DNA from: Candidatus Uhrbacteria bacterium
Lineage (GTDB): Bacteria; Patescibacteriota; Patescibacteriia; UBA9934
Length of the DNA: 64,000 nucleotides
Assembly: GCA_943354605.1 (NCBI GenBank)
Contig: CALRCK010000002.1
Location: 71,186 to 135,185 of the forward strand
Direction: 5' to 3'
Shown here: piece after piece, positions 36,265 to 48,800 of the stretch
Position numbering within the stretch: position 1 is the stretch's first letter
Layout of the letters: each line of letters begins with the position of its first letter
The notes under the pieces: model-generated
What the model was told of the DNA's origin: nothing
Database searches by the model: none
The model's input: only the letters and a program-made list of their open reading frames with translations
Translations under genes and position numbers: made by a program

Positions 36265-36654
36265 TTACCAAAGTTTCCAGAGCGCCGAGAGGGTTGGTTC
36301 GAGATGTGGCCAGAAAATGAGGTAGCCGACGAATACTGACGCGATAGCGGTCAGGAGCACGGCGCCCGCCATCATGTCTTTAATTTCCTTCACCATCGGG
36401 CTCACCCGAGGCTCCACCGCATCGGCCAAGCGCTCAAAAATACTGTTGATAATTTCCAGCACCAACACAGCCCCTACCATCAACGTCAACGTTACCCGTT
36501 CCCAAATCTGTAACGTCGGCATCACAATCATCAACCCGAAAACAATCGCCGCTGCGAGCATTTGCAGACGAAAACTCTGTTCTTCCTCCGCGGTGCGGAC
36601 AATACCACGAACCGCGTGCGTAAAACTCTTCCAAAATCCTTTGAGAGAAATCAT
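36265..36654 (-). CDS. dgkA: Diacylglycerol/undecaprenol kinase family protein
   Basis: 129 aa with three TM helices. LEIINSIFERLAD motif. ATGA overlap with ybeY. Confidence 0.8.
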   Translation of the reverse strand: MISLKGFWKSFTHAVRGIVRTAEEEQSFRLQMLAAAIVFGLMIVMPTLQIWERVTLTLMVGAVLVLEIINSIFERLADAVEPRVSPMVKEIKDMMAGAVLLTAIASVFVGYLIFWPHLEPTLSALWKLW

Positions 36655-37073
36655 AAGACGGTTCCAACGAGTGAATCTTGTAACGGAAACATAATTGCCG
36701 CGTCCTCCGCCTTCTCGTGATCATGACCAAGAACGTGCAGAATGCCGTGAACAATCAGGTCAACGAGTTCAAGTTCGATGTCTCCTTCTTCCGCCTGGCG
36801 CATCGCTTGATCGAACGAAATCACCACGTCGCCGAGCGTGCCGGTCTGGTCCGCGAAATCGGAGGCGAACGACAGCACGTCGGTCACTGCGTCTTTCTGT
36901 CGATACACGCGATTCAATCTTCGGATCTCTCTGTCGTCCACATACGAAACACCAATCGTGCCCTGAACCGTTGGCAAATGCTCGCCAAAAACCTCAATAA
37001 TCCGATGGTACGTGCCTTCGGGCAATCGCGACGCTTCTGGCACAATGTCGTCTACAACATCAAGGGTAATCAT
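36651..37073 (-). CDS. ybeY: Endoribonuclease YbeY
   Basis: LIVHGILHVLGHDHE metal-binding motif. Confidence 0.9.
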   Translation of the reverse strand: MITLDVVDDIVPEASRLPEGTYHRIIEVFGEHLPTVQGTIGVSYVDDREIRRLNRVYRQKDAVTDVLSFASDFADQTGTLGDVVISFDQAMRQAEEGDIELELVDLIVHGILHVLGHDHEKAEDAAIMFPLQDSLVGTVL

Positions 37074-38041
37074 GGGGTAATGTGAAAGCTGTTCACCATC
37101 ATGGCGAATGTTTGGATGTATGAAATTTCCGTGGAAGCATTCAGACTATACGTCATGGTGTACACCGCCGTTCCAAGATCGAGGTATGCAACAAGATCGT
37201 CTTTACTCCGCAATGTGTAATAGCCTTCTTTGGTATACGACGCCTTCAGGGTGGTAATGTCTGCACCTTTCACATTCTTGAGCACCCAGTCTTCCACGGT
37301 CAGATCTTTTTCCTTTGCACTCCATGTTACTGTCACGGAAGCCAAATTCGGCGTTTTAAACGTAACGACACTTTTTGCTGCATCAATAGACGACTGCCAG
37401 CTGGTTGGGTAATACACGGTAAATGGCAGTGTGGTATCCGAAAACACCTTTACCGCGCCAGTATCGAGCAACGTGCTTGGTGCAAGACCATTCGGGTCAT
37501 ACCGATGAAACACCTCATTGCCATCCAAGAACGTGTCGCCGTCGGAATCCGGATTGCGATAATCGGTTCCATACATCCGTTCCTCAATATCGGTGAGCCC
37601 ATCGCTATCGCTATCCTTCGACTGCGTTGGAGCTGTTGGCGTGGTGGTGGTTGGTTTTGTCGTGGTGGTCGTTGTTGGCGTTGTTGTTGCGGGGAGTGTC
37701 GTGGTGGGTTTTGTGGTGACCACTGTTTGTGCTGGCGTTTTAGTGAGCGTCACATACGCAACAGCTCCAGCACCAAGAAGGACAACAAGGACGAGCACAA
37801 CCCAGAGCGCAATAGGGACACGACGCTTTGGCGGAAGCGGAGTGAGCGGTGGTTTTGGGGCCACTGGCGCAACAATAACCGGAGAAGGAGCAACAGGAGG
37901 AGCGGCCTCAACACGCAATTTCGCTTCCTTCCCTAAAAAATCCTTCGGCATGACGTGAATCACCACGCCCAAATCTTCCGGCTTTGTTTCTGGAGCCTCC
38001 GGAACAACTTGCGCGGTTTTTTTTCCTCCGAAAAGACTCAT
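37070..38041 (-). CDS. Membrane-anchored protein with thrombospondin-type-3-like Ca-binding repeats (paralog 1 of 3)
   Basis: Pro-rich N-terminus, TM helix, Thr-rich linker, DSDSDGLTDIEE...DSDGDTFLDGNE repeats. ATGA overlap with ybeY. Confidence 0.6.
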   Translation of the reverse strand: MSLFGGKKTAQVVPEAPETKPEDLGVVIHVMPKDFLGKEAKLRVEAAPPVAPSPVIVAPVAPKPPLTPLPPKRRVPIALWVVLVLVVLLGAGAVAYVTLTKTPAQTVVTTKPTTTLPATTTPTTTTTTKPTTTTPTAPTQSKDSDSDGLTDIEERMYGTDYRNPDSDGDTFLDGNEVFHRYDPNGLAPSTLLDTGAVKVFSDTTLPFTVYYPTSWQSSIDAAKSVVTFKTPNLASVTVTWSAKEKDLTVEDWVLKNVKGADITTLKASYTKEGYYTLRSKDDLVAYLDLGTAVYTMTYSLNASTEISYIQTFAMMVNSFHITP

Positions 38042-38047
38042 AGACTT

Positions 38048-38767
38048 TTAGCTCCCCTGAGGAACGGTAAACAATTTTCCAGGACCATTCGGATTATATC
38101 CGCCGGAAACCTCTTGTCCGTCTAAATATCCGTCGCCATCCGTATCTGTCTTTCGCGGATCGGTTCCGTACACTTCAACTTCCTCCCGATCCCCAAGCCC
38201 ATCGCCATCGGTATCTGCCTTCGTCACAGATGTGCCAACCTCGAGTTCACGCGCATTTGTTAAACCATCGCCGTCGCTATCAAGAAGCGACGCAGGATTG
38301 GTCGTTTGAACTGGCGCCTGTGTTGTTGGTTCTTCTGGAGCGGTTGTTGCGGCTGGGGCTGTTGTGTTTGACGGTGTTTTTGTTGTGGTCGACGAATCCG
38401 TTGCAACACCAGTGTCTGGAACCGCGTCAACAACACTCCCGTCCGCCGCTGGCTGAACCATGATGCGATATGCGAAAAAACCAGACACACCAAAGATGAC
38501 CAAAATACCTACAACAATAAGAACCATCTTCATACCTCCCCCGCCGCCTCGAGATTCTGGCATCGGCTCCATAGTCGGTGCCGCGCCATACGATGGCGGC
38601 AACCGCGTTGGTGGCGGTGCGATTGGTGGCGGAGCCTGAATCGGCTGTGGTTCTGCTGGCGACGCCATCGGAGCGGGCGCTGGAGCAGCAGCCGGAGCCT
38701 TATCTGTTCCCTCGAATATGTCTTTTGGTTCTTCGTCAAACATACGTGGCTGATTTATTTTGCCCAT
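38048..38767 (-). CDS. Membrane-anchored protein with TSP3-like Ca-binding repeats (paralog 2)
   Basis: From ATG 38767 (MGKINQPRMF...). DSDGDGLTNARELE...DTDGDGLGDREEVE...DTDGDGYLDGQEV. Confidence 0.6.
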   Translation of the reverse strand: MGKINQPRMFDEEPKDIFEGTDKAPAAAPAPAPMASPAEPQPIQAPPPIAPPPTRLPPSYGAAPTMEPMPESRGGGGGMKMVLIVVGILVIFGVSGFFAYRIMVQPAADGSVVDAVPDTGVATDSSTTTKTPSNTTAPAATTAPEEPTTQAPVQTTNPASLLDSDGDGLTNARELEVGTSVTKADTDGDGLGDREEVEVYGTDPRKTDTDGDGYLDGQEVSGGYNPNGPGKLFTVPQGS

Positions 38768-38769
38768 TT

Positions 38770-38872
38770 TCACCTCACTCGTCGAAAACTTCCTCACCGT
38801 ACCAATGAAGTACGCCTCGGAAGATTTTCTCCTCCTTCGGCGAAACTGGTCTAAAATAGATCAGCCACGTTT
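38770..38872 (-). repeat. R1 palindromic element, copy g
   Basis: ...CTTCCTCACCGTACCAATGAAGTACGCCTCGGAAGATTTTCTCC... Confidence 0.55.
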
Positions 38873-38877
38873 TCATA

Positions 38878-39702
38878 TCATTTCAATGGATCGTGACCTG
38901 AGGCGACCTCCTGGCTATCAGTATACCCGTCTCCGTCGGTATCTGCATTCGTGTCCGATGTGCCGAGCTTGTATTCCTCAAGAAGCGACAAACCATCGCT
39001 GTCTTGATCGATGGACAAGAACACATCCTCACAGGTTGCGGCTTGATCACCGCTAAACTGCGCACAACCCGCTGGATTTCCGCTTGCGACCACGGCATCG
39101 AGCTTTCCTTGGAATCCGCAGATTGAATCATTGATTCCGTACTTCGAGCATTCTCCTGCAGCGATCACAACGGAAACCAACTGCGCCTGACAAGTGGCTT
39201 TGGTTGCATCGTCGGTAATCGACGAACACATACTATAATCCTTTGCCTTTGTTGCTGCAGCAAATATTGCTTCATCCTCGCACGTCGACTGATCTAATCC
39301 TGAAAGCTCCGAGCATACGTCTTTATCGCCCGAATCCATCGCAATCAACGTCACACAGTTCGTGAGCTTTTTATCGGCCAACCCGGAGCACACCGACGAC
39401 TGCCCTGTGGTACGTGCCGCATCGGACCTCGCACGATCCTCGCATGCTTTTGGATCCTTGTCTGTCGCACACGACGCAGCAGCATTTTCAATAATGTTCT
39501 TTGCCTGATCCACTTTTGCGACATCAACGTGCGTCAGCGAATACGTTTGATATCCATAATACCCTACAACCCCAACGCCAATGACAATCCCAACCACCGC
39601 CAACATGCGCATGTGGTTCTTTCGTACTTTCCACCACGGCAAAGCCACAGGAGCCTGCTCGTCGAGCGAAAAGTAATTTTGGTTGTTGGGATCGATTGGC
39701 AT
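38878..39702 (-). CDS. Membrane-anchored Cys-rich protein with TSP3-like Ca-binding repeats (paralog 3)
   Basis: TM helix, roughly 18 Cys in the extracellular region, C-terminal DQDSDGLSLLEE...DTDGDGYTDSQEV. Confidence 0.6.
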   Translation of the reverse strand: MPIDPNNQNYFSLDEQAPVALPWWKVRKNHMRMLAVVGIVIGVGVVGYYGYQTYSLTHVDVAKVDQAKNIIENAAASCATDKDPKACEDRARSDAARTTGQSSVCSGLADKKLTNCVTLIAMDSGDKDVCSELSGLDQSTCEDEAIFAAATKAKDYSMCSSITDDATKATCQAQLVSVVIAAGECSKYGINDSICGFQGKLDAVVASGNPAGCAQFSGDQAATCEDVFLSIDQDSDGLSLLEEYKLGTSDTNADTDGDGYTDSQEVASGHDPLK

Positions 39703-39717
39703 AGTGCGATGTTACAT

Positions 39718-39838
39718 CGGGTTTCTCATTTGCGCCGAGTTTGGGTGCGTGACGAGCAAATCTCTTGAGACGTACTTCTCGGTACGTTGAACGAGTTTGC
39801 GATGACACAAGCCCAAAATCGGCCAAATGAGGAAGCCG
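39718..39838 (+). repeat. R1 palindromic element, copy h, ending at the stop codon of the giant gene
   Basis: CATTTGCGCCGAGTTTGGGTGCGTGACGAGCAAATCTCTTGAGACGTACTTCTCGGTACGTTGAACGAGTTTGCGATGACACAAGCCCAAAATCGGCCAAAT. Confidence 0.7.
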
Positions 39839-39839
39839 A

Positions 39840-42800
39840 TCATGGGGCGCAGTAATCGATTCTGACATTACTCACGTTAATGGTGCCATCACCGCGGAAC
39901 GTAATCTGCACCGGAACCTCTGTCTCGTTCGTGCCGTCACACTCGAATCCGCTTGGCCACGGAAGTGTGATGTTGTGTGAATCGTCCACCTGACCTCGGT
40001 CCACCGATACCACACCGTCGGACGATGAAAGCAACACGGCCTGACCTTTGGTGATGGAGTCAATAATCGACGTGTATGCACCGGAAAGCTCAGATGACGT
40101 TGCACCGCTGTAAGAGTAATCAAGAAGGTTATTGTCGTTATAGTCCTCGCTCGAATCTGGATCCGATGTGGATTCATCGATGTCACACGATGACAGCGAC
40201 GACTCGGTTTTTGCACAAATCGTATTTGACGACCAGCGATCCATGCTCGTTTCCAGCGTATCCGTTGACGTCAATGCAAGAGAGTACAACTCTGTTCCGC
40301 TCTGAAGAACCGTCAACACATCAGCATCTGGTTCGTGTCCGGCGGTTGGTTCACCGTCGCTTAACAACACGATAATTCTGTCGGTATTCGCGGCGTATGC
40401 ATCGGTATTCGCGGCGAACAGAGCCATAGCATCCTGCAATCCTTCGTCCGCATACGTTCCGCCTCCAGCGCTATACCCAGCAATTCCTGCCGAACCCGTA
40501 AGAGTCGATTCATCGGACTCATCCAAGAAGACGGGGTTATTAGAACCATCTCTCGTGTCAATCGACGAGGAACTCGAGAAGCTCACAAGTCCGATATGCA
40601 CCTTGCTCCCCAGCTCATCGAACAATGTGCCGATTGCGGTCGTTAAACTTGCCTTTGCGACAACAAGACGCTCGTCGACCGTCGTGTCCGTGTCCGAGTC
40701 TGCGCCAAAGGCGTATCCCATCGATCCAGAGGTGTCCGTCACAAACACCACATACACTTCTGGTGGATTCGCATTACCAAAATCCACATCAGCAACAAGG
40801 TTGCCTGCAACCGTACACGCTGGAACCGTAATCGTTGCGGCATTTGGAAGACTTGCGGTACTTGATGAGTCGTACGAGTAAAGATCGACATCGCTTGTAT
40901 CAGCAGCTCCGGCCTGATTACTTGTGAGAAGAAGATCGATATTCGATGTTGAGGTTGGGCAGGTCGATGCACACGACGCGTCACACACCGGAGGGACCCA
41001 TGTACCCCCGCCATCACAGATCGCACCAGCAATATGAATCTCGCCGTTGTCGGTACCGCCATTGCACATGCCAATCTCGTAACAGTATGTGAGCGAATAT
41101 TGTTCAACACCAGAATCATCGATGTACGTGTGATACTCCGGATTTCCAGAAGCGTCGGTATGCGTTTCGTGCCATTCCTTTCCACTATCAGCAGGATCAC
41201 AGGTTCCTGCGAATGTATAGAGGTCTTCACTGGTGCTCCACCAATAGTACGGAACATCGGCACCGTCGCACACTTCGTCCCCATTCAACACGCCGTCGCC
41301 GCAGAATTCACCGGAAGACGTGGTGTAATAACAGCTCGTCGAACACGCCGTACACGTCGATTCGTAGGCGGAATCACATCCAGCGCCGTTCTCTGTGCCC
41401 TGGTCGCACTCCTCAACACCATCATAGATGTATCCGTCGCCGCAGACGTTCAACGTACAGGCTGTCGTACAATCATCAGTTGCAACGTCGTTGCCGTCGT
41501 CGCATTCTTCGTCACCGTCAACGACGCCGTTGCCACAATACTGGCCATTATAGTTGCAATAATTCCACGAATCCCATCCACACGTGGAGGACGAGTCTCC
41601 GTCGTCGCACGAACGGGTTCGATAGGTTTGATATGTCTGTCCAGCGGAATCACATGTTCCCCCGTTATCGACACAATACGCATGGAGTGCAAGTTCCGCT
41701 ATGAGAAGCGCCCCGCTACTAAACTCAGAGGACACCGACGTCGGCCATGCAGTGATATCGCACGGATATCCATCGTATGTTCCACCATCACAGACATGCG
41801 CTTCTGGACACGCTGCACCAACCCAGGCGCCACACGTTCCGGTTCCGCAATCAGCGCTTGTTGTGCATTCCGTGACACCGTCGCTGCACAGCGATCCGGC
41901 CCACGCATCGTCCGTCCCATCACACGATTCGACAGAGTCCACCACGGTGTCGCCGCAATAACTTGCCGCGCCGGAGCAGTCCCATGCACATGTGGTGTTT
42001 GGGTTTGCGCCGTATGTTCCGTTGCGGCCAATACACGAACCAACGCTTCCACCGTATGGTTTTGAATCCGCAAGCGCCGTCGTTGCATTGGAATCCCCAC
42101 AGTCACAGGCCTCGCCACCAGAAATCACACCGTCTCCGCAAAACGTTGCTGTGGTGTAGTCACAAAGGTCGCCGCAGTATCCATATTCTCCATTCATTGC
42201 GCCATCGTCGCAAGTTTCCGTGCCGTTCACCACACCATCGCCACAAGAATCTGCGCTGCATGTTGCGTCGGCAGCAACGGCGTCGTAGCCCGTACAGGTA
42301 CTGTTGCAATCAGCATTTGCGGTGCCGTCCGTATCGTCGGATGTGCCAGAAACACCATCGGCACCAACATCATACACACAGGCGGCAGCCTGAACATCGC
42401 CAATTTCACATGTTTCCGTAACGCCGCTTGCGTTCACACCAATAATGCCGTCACCACAAGCACTGGATGTGCCGTATACATCGCCGTCGCAGTAGGACGA
42501 CGTGTAGAATGTCACTTCGTCTGTGGTGTCGTCATCAAGGCTGTTCACCCAACTCGATGCCGTGTATTCCAATTCTGTTGCAAGTTCGTAGTCACGAGAA
42601 CCCACCGCACGATAGTGGTACACATACGAACCGTCTGGGCAGGAATAGGAACCGCTCGTTTGGTTCACGCAGGTTGCAGAATCATATCCGGAACATGCCG
42701 CATACGTATTCAACGGATCGGTTGGCAACGAAGTTTCATCCAGCGCGCCGCCAAGCGATTCAGACCACGACGTCCATGCGCTCGATGCAAGTGCACGAAC

Positions 42801-45800
42801 CGCTGTGCCAGACGACAACGTTGGCACCCCGTATGCAGACACCGCAATGGAAACGTCCTTCAAATCGGCAAGACGTTCCGTGTCACGGGTAATCTTGGCC
42901 TTGTCGTCAAGACACGTTTCTCCGGAAGGACAGTCTGCGTCCGCCGTACACGATGTTGATGCTGTCGCGCTACACACCGCGGTATCGGTAACGTTCGTGA
43001 GGAAGTGAATGTTCTCGAGCATCTGGTTGTACACCTCCTGCGTTACCGCCGACGCGCCTTCGTTGTACGAAATCACGAGAATGTTGGAATACAAACCGGA
43101 CGTCGTGGAGTTTGCAATTGCGATATACGTTGAACGATCATCGGTTACTGCCTGGAATCCATCCACTATTGTTTCGCTCGGGCTACCGGTGAAACCCTGA
43201 TCCTCATACCACGCCATTGGACTGAGATACTCTGCGTTGCTCAACAGACGAACACCAATAACATCACCAGCATCGTCCGTAGAAGCGGTGGACGACGTTG
43301 AATCGATCTCAAAAAGATATTCCTTCAGCACTTTGCTGGTTGGCGATGTTGGAGCGAGAACAACATTCACGTCCGGAAGATCGTCAGAGAAATCGTGCAG
43401 GGAGCACGTCTCGGTGTCGGGACAGTCACTGTCCGCATTGCACGAAGTGGTCGTTGTCACGCTACACGACCCAGAATCAGAACCGTAGTCCTTGCAATAC
43501 GCCACCGAGAAGTTCATGTAACCGCCCGGAAGCTCGGAAACGCCCGAATCCCCAGAAGCGTCGTCGGTCCATGGGTACGACGACAATGCTGGCCATGGAT
43601 TCTCACAAAGCAATGCCGTAACATCCGCAGAGCCATCAACAGTAGACGTCACCGTTTCACACGTCTCCGTAGCCGGACAGTCGCTATCGATGGAACAGCT
43701 CTGTGTCGTTGTCACGCTACATGCCTGCGCAGTTGTCGTGGAATCGGTGACTGTCGCCGTTGCAACGACCGTTGAATTACCATTATCGCCAACCGTGACG
43801 ACCGCTGCGGTGTCGAGCGCCGATGAACCACCTTGTGTTGCGGTGAACAGCGTCGTGTCAGCACTCTCCCATCCAGACCACACCCAACTGTACACGCCGT
43901 CGATACTCGTAATTTCTTGTCGAGTGCTGTTATCGTACGAGATTGGCGTCGCGGTAAAAGTGTGAGACTCTCCCGTTGTCGTAAAGGTGTTTGGACTTGT
44001 TTCGTCGGTATCGGTTACGTCCACCGCGTCGAGCGTACAGATATCGGTTCCTGTCGTGAACGTGACCGACTGCGTTCCCGCCATTCCTGCACCAAGCTTC
44101 GACGTGATTCCATCGGTGGTTTCGTCTGTGGTATCGTCATCGCCAACAAATACCAACGTGTAGCTCGAGCTCGCCTCGAGCGCCTGGCTGTAGTTGAGCG
44201 ATACTTTAAACGTTCCATCCCCCATGTCGGTCTGTGTGTACGAATCAATTGGCAAAACACAGTCGCCAGAACCTGCTGCACCCGCAGCTGCAGCAGCCTC
44301 AACATCCTCACCAAGGAAGAACGTGCGAATCGTTTGTATGATTCGCGCAAAGAAGCTCGTCTTTGTCATTGCGAGTTCCGTGTATCCATCTGGACATGCA
44401 TGTGCTCCGTTCAAATTCAATTTCACGTACATGTACGGCGTGGTGGTGGTCACTCCGTCTGTCGTCTCCTCATACGTAAACGATCCCTTGTCCATTTCCT
44501 CAGAAAATACTCCGTTGATTGCGGCGTTGCGGCACACCGACGTCCCAGACGGCGCAGAAGATTCAAGCGTTGGGCGTGGCACGCAGCAATGTGCTACACC
44601 AACACCGGTTGTTGTTGGGTCGGCACAGTCTTGGTCATTTGATGCTGAGCAGGTCAGCGCAAAGTCGGCAGTATCCGAAAGATCCGGCGCCTCTGCAATG
44701 GAGACGGTGACGACACCAATCGCTTCGTTCGTTGTTGGACTCACTTCAAGAACCGCGTCCGACGTCATGTACGCGACCTGCGTTGGATCTTCTCGGCCAT
44801 CACCGGTTACACTTGCGGATTCGCATGCACTGTATTCACCAGTTCCTGCAACGCCATCGCCACACACCGAAGGCGTCGCAAACTCCACGGACGATCCTTC
44901 AAAGGTACAGCTGCTCGTACAGCCTTCCGTTCCGGCCGCAGGGTCGCAATCTTCTCCTGCGCTTGTTGTTGCATCCTGCTCAACCGTTGCATTTCCACAG
45001 CAGTTTGTTGTAACAGTCGTTGTACATTTCGTCAGGCCTTCACGAATACAGATGGAAGAACATCCATCGTTGTTGTCAGTATTTCCGTCGTCGCACGTTT
45101 CATATGGCGCAGTAATTTCGCCGTCTCCACACAAGGCGCCACCCAACGACGCAAGACTCTGTGAGCCTTCTGGCAAACACAATCGCGAGCATCCGTCGCC
45201 GCTTGCATTATTGCCATCGTCGCACAGTTCACCGGCATGCGTTGTAGCGTCGTACACAATGTCGTTGTTGCCGCACGTTGCGCCAACGGACGCCGAACCT
45301 TCTGCTAAACAGGTCGCAGAGCATCCGTCCCCGTCTACAACATTTCCATCGTCACAACTTTCTGCGATATCACTCGAATACGTAACATCGATGACTGAAT
45401 TTCCACAACAATTCGTTTCGACTGTTCCACACGTCGATGCGGCGTATGCACAATCACTATCTGTTGTGCACGCTGTTCCGCTCACCGTACAAAGGGAGGT
45501 GGTGGCGTCGCACGTCTCCTGACACTCGCTGTCCGCGGTACACGTTGCCCCAGTTGAACTGCAGGTAAATGTGCACGCCGAAGACCCTTCCAACAAACAA
45601 CTTGATGAACAGCCATCATGATCCGTGGTGTTGCCGTCGTCGCATTCCTCACCGCTTCCGTCCGTTTCACGGTCAAGTGTTCCATCGCCACACACTGCTT
45701 GATACGGTGAGCTCCCTGCTGGAGTACACGACGACGAACACCCAGCAACAATGGACGACGATCCTCCGTCGAGCAATGCATCGTTTACCGTTTTCCATGC

Positions 45801-48800
45801 TGCCGTATATCCATCCGTTGCAGTATTTTGATCGGAATCTGGAATCGGGTTGGTCCATCCCCATGTATAGTCGGCTCCCGTCAGCTGTTGACCAGAGGTA
45901 GAGCACGAATCCGCGGCGCCGTATGCCTCAACGGTAAAAGCAGAGGTGTCCCCAACCGCCGCAACAACAATGCTCGATGGCAGCAAGGAAATACGTTCCA
46001 CTGCACACGCCGTACCGTCCTCACGAACACGGAATGTCCAAGAATAATCGGATCCGTAATTTGTTCGAATCAACGCCACACCGCTCGTGCTCGTCACATC
46101 TCCGGAAACAATAACGCGATAGTATTCTCCGGCCGTTAATGCTTCCGTTGGGAATTCAAATCCCGTACAACGCGTGGTATCGGTAGGATCGAACGTACAC
46201 GGAGGGTTTGAGTCAACAAATGTGAGGTTCGTGCAGAGCTCGTTCGAGCAATGATCAAGAACGATGTTCCCACCATCTTCAATATCCGTTTGAGTCATCG
46301 CCGTGTTGAACGATGCTGAAATTGCGGCATTTGTACAGGCTTCGGTACAGTCTGGGGCGTAACTCGAGATGTATGGATCGGTGAAGTTCACCGTTAATGT
46401 GGAGTCGTCAGAAACGCTTCCCGCTTCGCTCGCGTTCAACGCCGTTGCAGTCACCGCGGTAACGCCCTCAGCGAAGGCTTCAAGCGTTGCGCATGCTGAA
46501 GGATCTCCAACACATGTGGAGTCTGCTGTCGTATTGAAATCAACATACGAGTGGCTATCAAGCGACCAGCCCCACGTGTAGTCGCTACTATCCACAACGA
46601 CGCATCCCGTACCAGCATTTGCGGAAAAACCTGTCGTAGCATTTTTTTCCGCAAGCGTGTCTTCTGTTGGGGTAACCGTAACACGATCAACAACACACTG
46701 CTCTGACGACGTGGATGTCGTAAACTCCCATGTTACATCGCTCGCCATCGCAATGCTGTCGGTAGACATTGCTGCGGTTGAGATAGTGACTTGATACGTG
46801 GTATCCGTATCAAAATCGGAATCAGGAATCCACGTCACGCGAGAAACGGTGGATCCTGCAACGGTTGCAGTTCCAGAAACCGCTTCTGTCGTGGCACACG
46901 GATCGTCGCTTGGACTGCTCACCGACGCGGTACATTTCACCACCGATAGCGCATCTGAAACAGTCGCCTCGTTCATGAGTTCCGTAAATTCCGCATACAC
47001 CACTGCATTCACACAAATCTCACTTTGTTCGGAATAGCTATTGTTTGGAACCGCGGACACCGTGTCGTCTGAACATTCGGTCACCACACCAGGAACCGCC
47101 ATGATTTCTCCCGTTGAGAAATCCCAAGCGTATGCTCCAGCAACCTCGACCGCAGTCGTCGATTCCACCGCGCCAACGGTCAGGTTCACGGAGTTACTCT
47201 CCACGCCGGCCACCGTTACGGTAACCGGACCAGTCACCGCACCAGTAGGAACCTCAATCTGGATCTCGCTATTGTTCCATGATCCTGCAGTAATACTCGT
47301 CACATCGCTGTAGAACGTTACGGTGTCTGTATCAAGTCCAAAATGGTCACCGGCAATCGTGATACTTCCACCAACGTCTGCACTTGAGGTGATGCTACAA
47401 ATTCCTGGTGTAGGGTCGGCATCGGTTACCGTAAAATCCACCCCGGACGACGCTGTTCCCCCTCGTGGAGTAATGCTCACCGTGTACGCGCCAGCAGAAA
47501 GCGCCGTCCCGTTGTCCAACGTATCTGGAACAATAATAATCACCTCGTCGTCGTCCCAATAATCCGAGCTACATGCAGATGGGAAATCCACGCTTCCCGT
47601 TGCCGTATCGCCCGTAGAGCTCGTGAATGTCACCGTTCCAACGGACGTTCCAAAATTTGAGCCTGTCAATGTGACGTACTGTCCAATACCACCTTCAGAA
47701 GGACTAATGTCCACAATCGTCGCTGTTTCAGACGTTGCCTCAGTAACTTCAAATGCGATGGTATTCGACGCCTCGCCACCAACGGTAACTCCAACATCGT
47801 AGCTTCCGGCAGTCGCCTCTGGCACCGTAACCTTCACCGAGCTATCAGACCACGATGTGTATGATCCGGCTTCGGTCGAGGTAAACGTCACCGTGGACGT
47901 GTCTTGCGTGTCGCCAAAATTTGCACCAGAAAGTGTCAGTGCGGATGTTGACGTTCCTGTAGACTTCGATAGCGAGCACAAACCAGGATGAACAGTGTCG
48001 TTCACGTCGAAATTGGGAATAAGCTCACCAGAATCGTCGTCCGTAGTATCCGAAACATCGTCGGCGTTCGTGAGCGTAATCGGCCCATCGCCTGCACCAT
48101 CTGGAACCGCAACAACCACCTGTGTATCGCTCCATCCATCAGCACAGCTCGTAAGAATCTCTGCTTCAACGGTTCCCGTTCCTGCAGTATCGGTGAAGAG
48201 AATCGTTCCGGTGTTTGCACCAAAATCGGTTCCGGTAATGGTGACATACGTTCCCACCGCGCCGTCTTGCGGCGAAACGTCGGTAATCACGGGATTCGAA
48301 ACACAAACCCCGTCGGTACAGGATCCGCTCGAGCAATCACTATCCTCCGTACAGCTCGAACCATCACAAGCACCGCAATACGTTGTGGCAGTTGAATCGC
48401 CGCCACAATCAATACCCGTTTCGCCGAGATCGGTGTCTTCAACGCCGTTGTAGCACCATTCCGGCCTCGCGCGGACAGAAACCGTGTCGGAATCCTCGTT
48501 GCCAGCAAAATCGGTGACCGTCGCCTTGAATGTGTATCGGGTTCCGCTCACGAAACTCGACGTGTCGATGGTGGTGGAAATCGTTGTGTCTGTGGTGCCA
48601 TCGGCCGAAATGCTGTCTTGCCATTCGTCGTCCACCAAGAAATCTGCAGCCGAAACTCCAGCGTCGTCTGTGGCACCCACCTGAAAATCGGTCGTTGAAT
48701 CTGCGGGAACGGTGGACTCAGGAACCGTAATCGACGCCACCGGGTCCTCAGTATCAACGAGCGAGCCCGATGTAAATGTCGATGTACATGGTGTGGTGGT

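Noticed and set aside
41034-45522. Plus-strand ORFs inside the giant gene (41034-42065, 41963-42421, 43833-44642, 44194-45522)
   Set aside because: They are antisense to an uninterrupted 9.7 kb minus-strand ORF with coherent domain content. Their compositions are Arg/His/Cys-rich without motifs.
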